Of a DNA stretch of 64,000 nucleotides, positions 12,801 through 25,075 are shown in pieces. A model generated the notes under the pieces. That model saw only the letters and a list, made by a program, of their open reading frames with translations, was not told the origin of the DNA and ran no database searches. The stretch's first letter is position 1; the number at the start of each line of letters is the position of its first letter. The DNA is from Adineta vaga (lineage: Eukaryota > Animalia > Rotifera), in the NCBI GenBank assembly GCA_021613535.1, contig CP075494.1, forward strand, positions 1,550,001 to 1,614,000. The letters run 5' to 3'. The position numbers and the translations under genes are program-made.

Positions 12801-15800
12801 AATAAAATATTAGTTCCCTTTACTTCTTCTTAAAATATGATTACTTACCTGGACAAGGTCCATTTGTCACTTCTGACCCATAATTACAACCAGTACATTT
12901 ATAACTTGGACTTCCACCGCCAACTGGTTGACAGGTACCACCACCAACATTAGAATCACAATTGACAGAGGCACACGGTGTACCTGATAGAAGATATATG
13001 TATAAATCATCTCAATTATTCGTTAATACTCATTTGCTTACCTGGACAAGGTCCATTTGTCACTTCTGACCCATAATTACAACCAGTACATTTATAACTT
13101 GGACTTCCATCACTCAATGGTTTACAGGTACCACCACCAACATTAGAATCACAATTGACAGAGGCACACGGTGTACCTGATAGAAGATATATGTATAAAT
13201 CATCTCAATTATTCGTTAATACTCATTTGTTTACCTGGACAAGGTCCATTTGTCACTTCTGACCCATAATTACAACCAGTACATTTGAAATTTGGACTTC
13301 CATCACTTAATGGTTTACAGGTACCACCACCAACATTAGAATCACAATTGATAGAGGCACACGGTGTACCTGATAGAAGATATATGTATAAATCATCTCA
13401 ATTGTTCGTTAATACTCATTTGTTTACCTGGACAAGGTCCATTTGTCACTTCTGACCCATAATTACAACCAGTACATTTATAACTTGGACTTCCACCGCC
13501 AACTGGTTGACAGGTACCACCACCAACATTAGAATCACAATTGACAGAGGCACACGGTGTACCTGATAGAAGATATATGCATAAATCATCTCAATTATTC
13601 GTTAATACTCATTTGCTTACGTGGACAAGGTCCATTTGTCACTTCTGACCCATAATTACAACCAGTACATTTGAAATTTGGACTTCCATCACTTAATGGT
13701 TTACAGGTACCACCACCAACATTAGAATCACAATTGATAGAGGCACACGGTGTACCTGATAGAAGATATATGTATAAATCATCTCAATTGTTCGTTAATA
13801 CTCATTTGTTTACCTGGACAAGGTCCATTTGTCATTTCTGACCCATAAGTACAACCAGTACATTTATAACTTGGACTTCCACCGCCAACTGGTTGACAGG
13901 TACCACCACCAACATTAGAATCACAATTGACAGAGGCACACGGTGTACCTGATAGAAGATATATGTATAAATCATCTCAATTATTCGTTAATACTCATTT
14001 GCTTACGTGGACAAGGTCCATTTGTCACTTCTGACCCATAATTACAACCAGTACATTTGTAACTTGGACTTCCATCACTCAATGGTTTACAGGTACCACC
14101 ACCAACATTAGAATCACAATTGATAGAGGCACACGGTGTACCTGATAGAAGATATATGCATAAATCATCTCAATTATTCGTTAATACTCATTTGCTTACC
14201 TGGACAAGGTCCATTTGTCACTTCTGACCCATAATTACAACCAGTACATTTGTAACTTGGACTTCCATCACTTAATGGTTTACAGGTACCACCATCAACA
14301 TTAGAATCACAATTGATAGAGGCACACGGTGTACCTGATAGAAGATATATGTATAAATCATCTCAATTGTTCGTTAATACTCATTTGTTTACCTGGACAA
14401 GGTCCATTTGTCATTTCTGACCCATATTTACAACCTGTACATTTGAAATTTGGACTTCCATCACTTAATGGTTGACAGATGCCACCGCCACCAACCATGT
14501 TACAATTAATTGAACTGTTGCAGGGTGAACCTATGAGAGAAACCAAGAAATAAATCACACATACCGAGGAATCTTTATAAGTCACTTACTTGGACAAGGT
14601 CCGTTTGTTACGTCTCCACCATAATTACAATCGGTACATTTATAATTTGTAATATCACCGCCATTTGCTTGACAAGTGCCGCCACCTCCAGTAAAGTTGC
14701 AATTTCCCAAGACGGAACAGATAGAAACTAAATAAAATAAAATGAGAATATTTTTTTTGGGAGTGGCACTTGAACTTGTTGAGTGGTGTCACATATCCTA
14801 CTGGTCGAGGATACACCATCATTTCTATCAGGAGACGAACTGGTTTCCGGCGGGAGATGAGGGTGCGGCTTCAGAACGCGAGGTATGTGACACTCTTGGC
14901 TGAGTTGGTTTCGGTTTAAGAAACTAATCTATTTGTTATTACGAGAAAATACTTCTGTGGCTATTATTTTGAATGCATATCTATAGTGGTAAACTTTGCC
15001 ACTTTGACGAATACTGAAAAGTGAGTAAAACTTTATTTTTTATACACGTTGAAGTCGAATAAAGCTTAATAATCTATACCATGTGTAGCATTTTATTTTA
15101 TGTCAATGCGGCGTGAATGCATGTAAAATGATTACACAGTAGAGTCATATATCATGCGCCTCCAAAGCACTGGAATATGTAACACCACTCTGTAAGAAAT
15201 ATTATACAACAATATATGTACATACCCTCAGTGGTAATTTGCGTCAGTGAACAAAAACGTAATACAATATTGATGGTAATACCGTTTGAGAGTGGTAATG
15301 GAATACCAATCTCTCTAGAGTTTCGAATTTTCGTCTGAACCTTATTGATAATATCTTCATGACACTTTGAAGTCTTGCATGTTTTCGAAAAGTCAAGCGA
15401 AAACTGAATTAGGAGAGTATCTCCAGTCGTGCCTGCATTTTGTTCGCATTGACGGGCTCTTGAACGAAATAATTCAAATGAAGTCAGAACTAATCTTTAG
15501 AACTTACTGTCGTTTTTTCTTTTTTCCATTTGATGTTGGGTTAAAGTTAACAACTATTACTTTCACCTCAGTGGTACCCATTGCTTTATTCAGCTACAAA
15601 GAAAGATTTTTATTAGAATGACCTCAAGATCATCAGGGAGTACTTACTTCAGTACTTAGCGCATTCAAGTCGCTCACTTTAAAAGATGAAGCTAGCGTCG
15701 TTGACGTACCATAGGTTAATGCAAACGAAGACGGATCTAACGAGAAAAGATAGATAATTTATTATCAACGAAAAAATTATAAGTACTTGTGTTAGCTGTA

Positions 15801-15958
15801 ATATCGCTTCCTTTCTGTGACAAATAGATCGGAATAAGAGCAAGAACAATAACTGCTGCTACAGTCGCAAAACAGCAAAAGACAGCGAAAATGGACAAGA
15901 ACAATGACCAAATTGTCCATTTTCGGTGATGATCATTGTAATCAATCGTGTTGTTCAT
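9862..15958 (-). CDS. ~1420-aa type-II membrane or secreted modular protein: N-terminal TM, basic KKKKR site, 11 six-Cys exon modules, C-terminal ~41-aa-repeat beta-solenoid ending in a GIN/DUF2807-like cap
   Basis: Phase-consistent GT-AG exons: 15958-15787, 15736-15648, 15593-15508, 15458-15226, 14727-14590, 14530-14393, eight 135-nt exons (14334-14200 down to 12983-12849), 12786-12646, and 12047-9862 (in frame with the 675-aa ORF). No internal stops seen. Confidence 0.85.
10290..11580 (-). repeat. Coding 123-bp (41-aa) tandem repeats with a 369-bp higher-order duplication
   Basis: Unit VSNLCASEQMNITSSNTGAITMNSASVCPTNAFVNVHNMAG. The variant LCTSETLTLKLKELGPLSINSATVCPKN recurs exactly 369 nt apart (10931 and 11300). 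Confidence 0.9.
12849..14392 (-). repeat. Eight tandem 193-bp exon+intron units (135-nt exon plus 58-nt intron)
   Basis: Donor-side anchor (c/g)tggacaagg recurs at 12849, 13042, 13235, 13428, 13621, 13814, 14007, 14200 and 14393. Each exon encodes GTPCASxNCDSNVGGGTCxPxxxGSPxYKCTGCNYGSEVTNGPCP. Confidence 0.95.
14786..14893. mobile_element. Small MITE-like inverted-repeat insertion in an intron
   Basis: GTGTCACATATCCT ... AGGTATGTGACAC flank a GC-richer ~80-bp core; no clear TSD. Confidence 0.35.
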
Positions 15959-16663
15959 ATGGTAATCTAGAGAAAACAAAAAAAGTCATGAGTACTAAAG
16001 GGTATCCTCGGGTATCTGCTACTTGTCGTGAACAACCGGAATTTCTTGACGGTTCTTTTTACTCGTCAATATTTTTATAGACATTTTAGAAACAAAAGTT
16101 CATTTATGAAATATTACTCTAAATGGCTCTAGAACAATTCGTCGCAATGTATTATCGTATTATCAGTGTGAAGCTAGCACCACGAAGCTAAGAATTTTGT
16201 GAAAATGAATTCCCGTCGATAACAATGAGTCTATTGGACACAGAATTTAATTCTGCATCGAATGGTGATATTTTTATTCGCGGGAAAACCAATGGAAAAA
16301 TTTTATTCAAATTTTTCTTTTATATATGTAAGTATGAGAGGAAAATAAAAATCGAGGTAAGCTCTGTCCCGATCGTTTTCCCGCGAATAAAAGTGGCATC
16401 GTCCGATGCAGAATCAAATTCTGCGTCGAACACACTCTTTTTCATGGACGGGAATTCATTCTGTGCAGAGAAATTGCGTGCCGAATGTGGTATAATGATG
16501 CATATACATGTATACAAGACAAATAAAGATCAAAGAAAACTTTTTTCCATTCGTTTTCCCGTGAATAAAAATATCACCATTCGATGCGGAATTAAATTCT
16601 GTGTCCAATAGACTCATTGTTATCGACGGGAATTCATTTTCACAAAATTCTTAGCTTCGTGGT

Positions 16664-17789
16664 GAGTTCATGGGGAATTTGATTTTGCGGCAAATTCAAA
16701 ATTAACCACACTCCTCGACAAAATAACATGACCAACTTCCATATGCAACGCGTTAAGTAAACGACTTAACGCTTCTTTTCAAAAGAGTTTATACGCAAAG
16801 GATATTGGGATAAACTATAGAAGTCACAACGGTACAGTGGTATTATGCTTTTGCATACTGTTTAAGTTACTAGGGTCTTTGCGGTCTATGGGGTCTATGA
16901 GGTCTATGGTGTCTATGGAGTGTACGGTGTCTATGGGGTCTACGGTGTCTATGGGGTCTATGGTGTGTATGGGGTCTATGGGGTCTATGGTGTCTACGGT
17001 GTCTATGGGGTCTATGGGGTCTATGGTGTCTACGGTGTCTATGGGGTCTATGGGGTCTATGGTGTGTATGGGGTCTACGGTGTCTATGGGGTCTATGGTG
17101 TCTACGGTGTCTATGGTGTCTATGGGGTCTATGGTGTCTATGGGGTCTAAGGTGTCTATGGTGTCTACGGGGTCTACGGTGTCTATGGTGTCTATGGTGT
17201 CTATGGTGTCTACGGGGTCTACGGTGTCTATGGTGTCTATGGGGTGTACGGTGTTTATGGGGTCTACGGTGTCTACGGTGTCTATGGGGTCTATGGGGTC
17301 TATGGTGTCTACGGGGTCTACGGTGTCTATGGTGTCTATGGTGTCTATGGTGTCTATGGTGTCTACGGGGTCTACGGTGTCTATGGTGTCTATGGGGTGT
17401 ACGGTGTTTATGGGGTCTACGGTGTCTATGGGGTCTATGGTGTCTAAGAGCACTAGACACCATAGACACCGTAGACACCATAGACACCATAGACCCCATA
17501 GACACCATAGACCCCATAGACACCGTAGACACCATAGACCCCATAGACCCCATACACACCATAGACCCCATAGACACCGTAGACACCATAGACCCCATAG
17601 ACACCGTAGACCCCATAGACACCGTAGACCCCATAGACACCGTAGACATCATAGACCCCATAGACCCCATACATACCATAGACCCCATAGACCACTACAG
17701 TGATAATGTCACTTAATATTAATTATTTGCAAATTCATTTACTTTTAAAGTAAATGATTTTGCTGCAAAATCATATTCCCCATCATATG
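16664..17789. mobile_element. Non-autonomous DNA element with 8-bp TSD, asymmetric tips and subterminal IRs; carries an inverted minisatellite
   Basis: TSD TTCGTGGT at 16656-16663 and 17790-17797. Left end GAGTTCATGGGGAATTTGATTTTGCGGCAAA; right end TTTGCTGCAAAATCATATTCCCCATCATATG. A related copy lies at 59795-60154. Confidence 0.75.
16882..17695. repeat. Two head-to-head arrays of a 9-bp minisatellite (GG[GT]GTCTA[TC])n
   Basis: Forward array ~16882-17446, 7-nt spacer AGAGCAC, reverse-complement array ~17454-17695. Confidence 0.95.
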
Positions 17790-18686
17790 TTCGTGGTGCT
17801 AGCTTCACACTGATCAATGGTATTGCAATTAATGTGAATTGTATCATGACTCTTTTCGTAATTGTCTTAACTTAATTTGTATTCCCATTAACGAATAAAT
17901 TTTGATTTCGGGTAACTGCGTTATGCTTTGAAAACTAAAACCAATTGTTTACCAGCATTTTGCAGAGAGTAAGAAAAACAAATCATTCTAACGATTTTAT
18001 GAGAGGCTACCGGGATTTCTTTCTTTCACAGGATTTATTAGCAGACTCACACCCTCACTTACACTCGTATCTAACATCCTTAGCCTGTACCCTCACCTAA
18101 GGTCTTCACTTACAGTCTAACGCTACACCCTCAATATTTATTCCAAATGTGTGGAGTTTTTTGAATAAATCTCGATAGCTGCTGAAGCAAATATTTAGTC
18201 GGTCATTACGACAATGTTGATCTTGCTAAGTACTTGAAAAACTTAGAGGCTAATTGTCAATTTAGATAGAATTATTTTTTGTTTTTGTTATGTTTTCGCT
18301 TTTCATTAATAATAGTACACCACATTGATAAACAATTGTCTCTCTATTTATATAAATTTATCTTGCATCTATACTAATCATGTTACAATTAATTAAATGT
18401 GCGACGAATTGTCTGACGATGAATTGTCCAGTCACCCTCTCGATGTTGTTTCGGCTCACAAGCGATAAATAATTATTTGTCATTTATACAAATTCTCCCA
18501 TTCTCAAACTAAAAACAAAACTAATTTCTACTCCTGTCCATATTCAAAATCTTGAAGGTGGGGTATTAGTCTGGGTGACGATTGTTTTTAGGGTTTTTAT
18601 TTGATGATTATGGTTAAATACACATACACATAGACATACACATTACATCAGACTGACTACATAGGAGAAAACGAACGAATATATAT

Positions 18687-19666
18687 ACTAGCGGAGGCAC
18701 CCGATGATAGTCAAGAAACTTTCCGACTGAAAACTTTATATGTCAGAAAACGAGAGAGGACACACACAGGGTTGTTCTTGAAATTTTTCATTTATACCAC
18801 AACATATCCTGCCGCGCATATCTAAGATAAAACAACTTATAATATGTAGGATTCCAAATTCACTCGTTTCCTAACAGTTTTCGATGCGAGATCTTCCCGT
18901 ATAGATCCCGCTTCAACTCGACGATGTGTGTGGGTGTGAAAACTAAATCTGGAGTGAAATGACTACTCTACCTCTATGGAGTAGAAGTGAAGTTTATAAA
19001 GTAGAGAATGACTTGCAGCAGCGGGACAGTGGGTGTAGAATGGGCCTGGAGTTGCAGCAGCGGGACAGTGGGTGTAGAACGGGCCTGGAGTTGCAGCAGC
19101 GGGACAGTGGGTGTAGAATGGGCCTGGAGTTGCAGCAGCGGGACAGTGGGTGTAGAACGGGCCTGGAGTTGCAGCAGCGGGACAGTGGGTGTAGAATGGG
19201 CCTGGAGTTGCAGCAGCGGCACAGTGGGTGTAGAATGGGCCTGGAGTTGCAGCAGCGGGACAGTGGGTGTAGAATGGGCCTGGAGTTGCAGCAGCGGGAC
19301 AGTAGGGGTGGATATAAAAGAAACACAGCTGTATGTTGTATGCATAGCGATACAAGACCAGTAGAAAAGAGCTAATGAAGAGATGCGAAAAGTTCTGAAA
19401 AAAGAGACCTGATGCAGGACACGAGAAGGGATACAGAAGTAGCCTCTAAACGGAGGTGAAAGACGTGTGGAAGACAGTTAACGCGCGCCGAGTGACGATC
19501 TGAAGGATTATACTAGTTAAGGGAGGGCAGGAAAAGAGGGTGTGTGGGTTTTTTTTATATACGACGGGTAAATACTGACCAAGAGGTTTGGCGGATGATG
19601 AGAAGAGCATTGTTGTAGATGGAAAACGTAAATGGTGTCCTCTTTGCAGTGGGTATCTCCGCTAGT
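18687..19666. mobile_element. ~980-bp element with inverted ACTAGCGGAG..ACCC ends set in (TA)n
   Basis: Left tatataACTAGCGGAGGCACCC; right GGGTATCTCCGCTAGTatatatat. The interior is GC-richer than the flanks and contains the 39-bp minisatellite. Confidence 0.55.
19013..19303. repeat. 39-bp GC-rich minisatellite, 7 full units plus a partial
   Basis: GCAGCAGCGGGACAGTGGGTGTAGAA(T/C)GGGCCTGGAGTT starts at 19015, 19054, 19093, 19132, 19171, 19210, 19249 and 19288; no spacers. Confidence 0.95.
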
Positions 19667-20888
19667 ATATATATATATATATGGATAGAATAGATATAGG
19701 ACGGTTCAAGGGTTCATGAATGAGAGAATGATATGCGATCGAAATAAATATCATCATGAAAGAAGAAAGATATTGAATCCAGGGAAAAGACGTAAGAGAA
19801 ACACTGTGAAGGTACTTGTAACAGATGTGCTCCAGTATCAGTGCGTTGATACAACCATGTCTATACATTTTGTATAGATATCAATTGAAAATCATGAATG
19901 TCCCTTAGAAACGAAAGATGGAGATACAGAATACACTCCGTCCAGCATTTCTAACTTGCAAGATATGTAACATCACCCAGTATGGTAGTTGTTTTGTATA
20001 TGTGTATATATCAGTAAAAAAAATAAAATACTACTTTCCTATTAATCACATTACCTATAAAACGATGTTTTTGAAATGAATAAAAATCGAAGCAAAAGAT
20101 AGATATTATATACTATGCTTTGTGTTTTGTTTCTATCATGTTTTCTCTCTCGCTTCACTTGATTGCACACATTATTAACTTTTTCCCTTTTTTAAAATAT
20201 CTTATTTCGCGATATCAATATATTCTGGTAAATTCTGTATATAATCCAAAAATCATTTGAAATCAGTTTGTTCCCCCTTGGTTAAATTTGAAAAACATAT
20301 ATTCGTAGTTGAATATTGAAACTCTTTTCTCACGTTTCAGCTTATTGTTTGTCACTGTTAGTTTCTAAAATAATCATGTTAGAAATGATAATATTCGATC
20401 CGTTCGTCGACGACGAAAAACATAAACGGTAATTTGGCTTCACCAACGTGGCCTTATCGCGAGTTGATTGATAAGATAAATATTGCGTATTTTGTTTTCT
20501 AACAAAATATTCACGATTAAATTTCTTCGAGTTAAGTCATGTTGCTGCATCGAAAACTATCTTCTTAGATAATCGTTTTACGATTCGATAGCTGTTTTGT
20601 TCACCTCTTTTATTATTTTTGTGTTCTCGGCAATATAAAATATATTTTCTTACGTTTATACTGATGAATATAGATTTTATTTTAGACAAAAGAAATCTGA
20701 TACTAAAAATCTAGCAAAATACTGATCATGTTAAAGTTTTGACCTCCTGATCAACTTTCGATCTGCATTTCAGTAACGTCCTTCTTTCCAGATTATCAAA
20801 CAACAAAAAACTAGACTTCGGAATGCCTGCCTAGAAAAATCAAGTGATAGTAAAAAGATGCGACCGAAAATCAATAGTACCATGCTCG

Positions 20889-20940
20889 CCCAGGACGAGT
20901 AATCCAACGGTCGGATCCGATGGGATTAGTTTGGCCTGGG
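20889..20940. mobile_element. 52-bp CCCAG-terminus mini-MITE
   Basis: CCCAGG...CCTGGG. The internal ACGGTCGGATCCGATG is shared with the fragment starting at ~24426. Confidence 0.5.
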
Positions 20941-21628
20941 TGTACATCACATTAACAATACTTCAAATGGAACGTAGCATAAAAATACTTGAATCTATTT
21001 TCGATTAATGAAAGAATCTTAATCATTCATTTTTTTTTTTTAAACAGAAAAACAAAGTACTCAGCTTTCTACCTGTACAAAATATCGATGTGACACAGAA
21101 ACGAACTAGTCGTTCGAATGTTGTGTAATTACAAATATTGTGGCTGATCAAAAATGTTTCTTTCCTTCTTTGCTGTATCTTCGAATATTAGTAATTAAAG
21201 CAAAATATAATGAGTAAATAATTCTATTTTTATCAGTAAAAATTAGTTATAACAAAAATCGATAGAATAAGTAATGTTCTTTAAATTTTTGATACTTGAC
21301 CTGTGTATTTCGTTTTTGTAACTTTAATGTTAATTTTATTGTCAATTCATCGACAGATTTACGCATAAAAGTTTTGACAAATGATGGGCAATTGAATCAG
21401 CTACCTAACCATTTTGGATGAAAATATAAGTAGCGAAGCGACATCAATTGTCTTTTAACTTTTGAACTTTATGTATTTCTCGTTCTGTTTAAATGAACAC
21501 ACCATTAAAATTCGTTTCTGAAACAACAGACGTTTTGTTTGCCTTGTTTTCTTCGGATAAGAATGTAAGATAGAGCCTATCTATAGTATAAGAAGAACTG
21601 ATTGTTTGTTTTTGTCTTTTTAATCATA

Positions 21629-22035
21629 ATGAATCGATTGAATTATTTTGGTTATACTCGTAATTTGAAAGAAAGTTTATTAAAAGAGAAAATAGGTGGA
21701 AATCGTCCACTCAGTGTTCATGCTGGTTGACAGATTGATTATCAATTTCTATTTAATCATCAACAATCAAATAGAAATGCAAGAGCAAATATTGTACCAA
21801 AGAAAGGCTCGTATATGTATGGATTAGTGTATGTTATTAGTGATGAACATCAAGATTATCTTTTAAATACAGAACCTGCATATCGAATGATTGCAGGTCG
21901 ATGTTAAATTACAATCTGTCCATTCAATGATTCGAGCTGTTACATTTACAGATAAAACAAATGCAAACGAGAATTATTGTTCATCAAATGAATATCTTCA
22001 AACGATTATTGATGGTGCACGAGAACATAAATTAA
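21629..22035 (+). pseudogene. Intronless gamma-glutamylcyclotransferase (GGCT/AIG2-like) pseudogene
   Basis: MNRLNYFGYTRNL...HAG*QIDYQFLFN...ARANIVPKKGSYMYGLVY...NTEPAY.../VDV...RAVTF...SSNEYLQTIIDGAREHKL matches the GGCT pattern. TGA at 21728-21730 and a +1 frameshift at ~21896. Confidence 0.75.
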
Positions 22036-23760
22036 ATTACTCGCTTTGTTCATCGCTGTCATCTGTTTGTTCACAGAATTCATCACACGTAGGATATCTT
22101 AGACATGGATTCGGTCCTTTCCCGAGCGGATTCATATACATTTGCGTTCCAGTTTTGATCTCATTGGTTCCAAGTAGAACTTGATGAGCTCTATCGATTC
22201 CCTCGAAAAAACATACTCTCTAAAATCTCAAAATACTGCAAAAAAACGAAAAAAAATGAAAACTAGTGAAAAACCCATCTAAATTCGCCTCTTGAGTATG
22301 TGGGTGAAGGTAAAGACGAGTGATGACAAAAAATTCTCGCATCCACAATCTCATCCTTAATGAGAGGGAAACAATGTTCAGACATAATTTTTTCAACATA
22401 AGCCTTGTTAAATGTTTTTTATGTACGATTATATGATGAAACATATTTGTTTTTAATATAAGTAAGGTACCGAATTTTTTTCATATTATATGAATGCACA
22501 TTCATTCACCTTGACAGTTGAATATTATAGACAGAGAACGGACGAGTAATTACCATGCAATTACTGTCACTATTTCTCTTAATCATAGGTAATGAATGAT
22601 GATCAAAAAAGCAAGATATAAAGTACTTTTATGTTGTGATGAAACGTCCTTCACCTTTTATTATAATAGGATTTTATCTTGTTTTTTTTGCTGCGTCATT
22701 AAATCTTTGAGAAATATTCAGAAATTTAATGGCTATGAGCTGTGCTTTGTGCAATCGGTAACATCGTGGTAGTGTACAGAAGTTTAGAAAATTTATCTTG
22801 TCTCAGCAATGGCATGTGTTTCGACAATGCAAAAAAAACTTCATCCAAATATGTCTGCTTGTTCATTTACTTCTTTTTCTTGCTAGAAGCACATAGACCA
22901 AATAAATTATGCACTTTATTTTTTCTTTCTATCACATACACGTACAGCTTGAAATTTGATGAAAATTGATAAAAGATTGAGGATTTATTTTTATACGAAA
23001 ATTAATTATGAAATAGAGCTTTTTAGATGTTTGAGTTTATTATATAAAGAGGAGTTGTTAATTGGAAGTAGATTGTCGTTTTGTTTGGAAGTGGTCTTTA
23101 ATGTTATTGTTGAAGTGAGAGTGAGATACTGGTGAGTCATGCATTGAGACTAAATGTTGTTGATAAAGAGCTATATAACATGTGCGCTTGTTCGATTTTG
23201 TTCTGTTCTTTTGTATTGTAATGCATGGTAGATTTCGTGTATTGTACCTATCCGTGAGAACATCCATTTATACATTTACTCACCTATTGTTTTTTTGGTA
23301 ATTTGTTGATGAGTCGAAAGTGGGGATATATGTTTTTCGTAATAAAAATGGTTGTTTTGAAAAATTGAAATAGATTAATTGTCAACACGATTGAATTTGA
23401 CGAGATTAAAATAGAAAAAGATGCTGTTTTATTTATCTTCATGTTGTACGAAAATGAATGAGGATTTTTTAATAATTTTTTGGAATTTACGTATAGATGC
23501 AGCTGTTGTGTGTGGTGGCGTAGGAATATATCATTCAAGTGTTTTAATTTATAAGAAACTGCGTTGTCGATAAATAGTATCTGATAGATGTTGTTTGTAT
23601 TTCCTTTTAGATTTATATTGATACTGAATGTGAATTTGTTAACTACGGATAATCAAACGGATACTGTTACGGTGGATATTGATTTATCTCATAGAAAAAC
23701 AAGGTTTCAGTTTTAAAAAAAAAACTATGGTTATAACTCGTATAAGTTATATGACGCTTA

Positions 23761-24066
23761 TGTAAGGACAACTATTAGAGAGACAAATGTGTTTCTTTCG
23801 AATGTTCGTAGTTTATTTAGTAAAATGTAAAAACACACACACATCACACCACTCTCTTCTCTCTAACACTTTACCGAGAAAAACAAGTATATATATATAA
23901 TCACACAAAGAAAAGTGAATACACATATATCACGAATAAAGAGAAGAAAGAGATGATATCATCAAAAGAAAGGATCTAGGTCGAGAGAGAGATGAGAGAT
24001 GAAAGACGAGATCAATGGAAAGAAAGAGAAGACTAGAACATGAAGAGATAGGTGTCGCCTGTAACA
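23761..24066 (-). mobile_element. Probable solo LTR
   Basis: Minus strand reads TGTTACAGG...CT-rich...TATATATA...AATAAA...CCTTACA (TG..CA ends, 306 bp). No exact TSD is visible. Confidence 0.45.
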
Positions 24067-24713
24067 ACAACACTGAAGTTAGTTCGTCTTTATGGTGATT
24101 TGAACTTTTTGTATGAATGTCGACGGTACAATGTGATACCTAAAGGACAAGTGGCGCTAAGGCTGTTTTTTCGCCCCCAACAATTAGGAAAAAACTATAT
24201 GGTTAGAATCAGCATTAAATTCTGAACAAAACTGTATATTTGTTTTTTGATTGCCGTGGTATCCCTCAAAAAAAGAAAAAAGTTTTATTTTTCATTTTTC
24301 ACTCTAATTTCATCTAGATATAGGTTATCGACCACGCTGATCACGAATTTAAGGTTTATTTTGAATAAAAAAGTGATTTAAATGAACAATGGCCTATTTT
24401 CACGAGAAATGCTTTTTTGACCTTACCCAGGTCGAGACCACTCCATCGGATCCCTATATAATCCGGCAACAGCCGACGGTCGGATCCGATGATCGGATTT
24501 CGTATAAGATCCTTTAGTTTCCGTTACATTCCGATGGTCTGCGCATTCAGGATCCGACAGCAGGATCCAGAGAGTTCCGACATGCGGAAAGTGTCGGAAC
24601 CGTCAGGGCTTTGTACCATCAAATACTATGTAATCTACTCCAGTCAATTCTTACTCGTGATAGGTTTTTCAATGGTCTTTAGACAATATTTGACTCATTA
24701 TAACTGACATTTA

Positions 24714-24783
24714 CAGGGGTGCCCCGATTTTTCAAAAATTGGGGGGCGTCGCGCCCCCAAAGCCCCCTATCGGGACACTCCTG
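24714..24783. mobile_element. 70-bp hAT-type mini-MITE at the break of a GPCR fragment
   Basis: CAGGGGTGCCCCGAT ... ATCGGGACACTCCTG. Confidence 0.55.
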
Positions 24784-25075
24784 GTTTATATGTTGCAATT
24801 GTATAAGAATAACTTAATGCAAATTCATGAATAGGACTCAAGTAACCATCTAGAGTCCATCCATATAATCCAGCAAAATTAATCAATGCTATTGTACGCA
24901 TATAATGTATCGCTGGTCGTGTTTGAGTATTACAAAATTTCGGTTGACATAAACCAATGAGAATTATTGCTAAACAATAATAACCCATAAAAATAATATC
25001 AGTTGAATATGAATAAGTATTTGTCTCATTCGGATCGGTTGTATTTGCCATTGTATAGATACTACTGATATTCAT
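24784..25075 (-). pseudogene. 3'-truncated class-A GPCR fragment (TM1-TM2)
   Basis: YYCLAIILIG...RPAIHYMRTIALINFAGLYGWTLDGYL; the sequence ends at the MITE. Confidence 0.55.

Larger units (their letters stand above)
16164..17812. mobile_element. Foldback MITE with CAGTGTG termini; its right TIR is interrupted by a second element
   Basis: Left end CAGTGTGAAGCTAGCACCACGAAG. The ~130-bp arm 16178-16310 is inverted at 16541-16663, with a diverged third copy at 16373-16478. The outermost right TIR (TTCGTGGTGCTAGCTTCACACTG) is displaced to 17790-17812. Confidence 0.8.

Noticed and set aside
12849-14392. Regularly spaced repeats as a CRISPR array or non-coding satellite
   Set aside because: The units are exon+intron duplications with GT-AG sites and an open spliced frame.
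16824-17703. Long ORFs encoding (YGV)n, (SMG/SMV)n, His/Arg-rich and (DTI/DPI)n peptides
   Set aside because: By-products of a 9-bp repeat that lacks stops in most frames, inside a TE; no splice signals or unique coding context.
18959-19375. Five overlapping repeat ORFs, or a possible CRISPR-like array
   Set aside because: Contiguous 39-bp tandem units with no unique spacers, no cas genes, and a eukaryotic context.
22040-23690. Possible degenerate coding or transposase remnants on the minus strand
   Set aside because: Short open stretches only, with no motif I can assign confidently.
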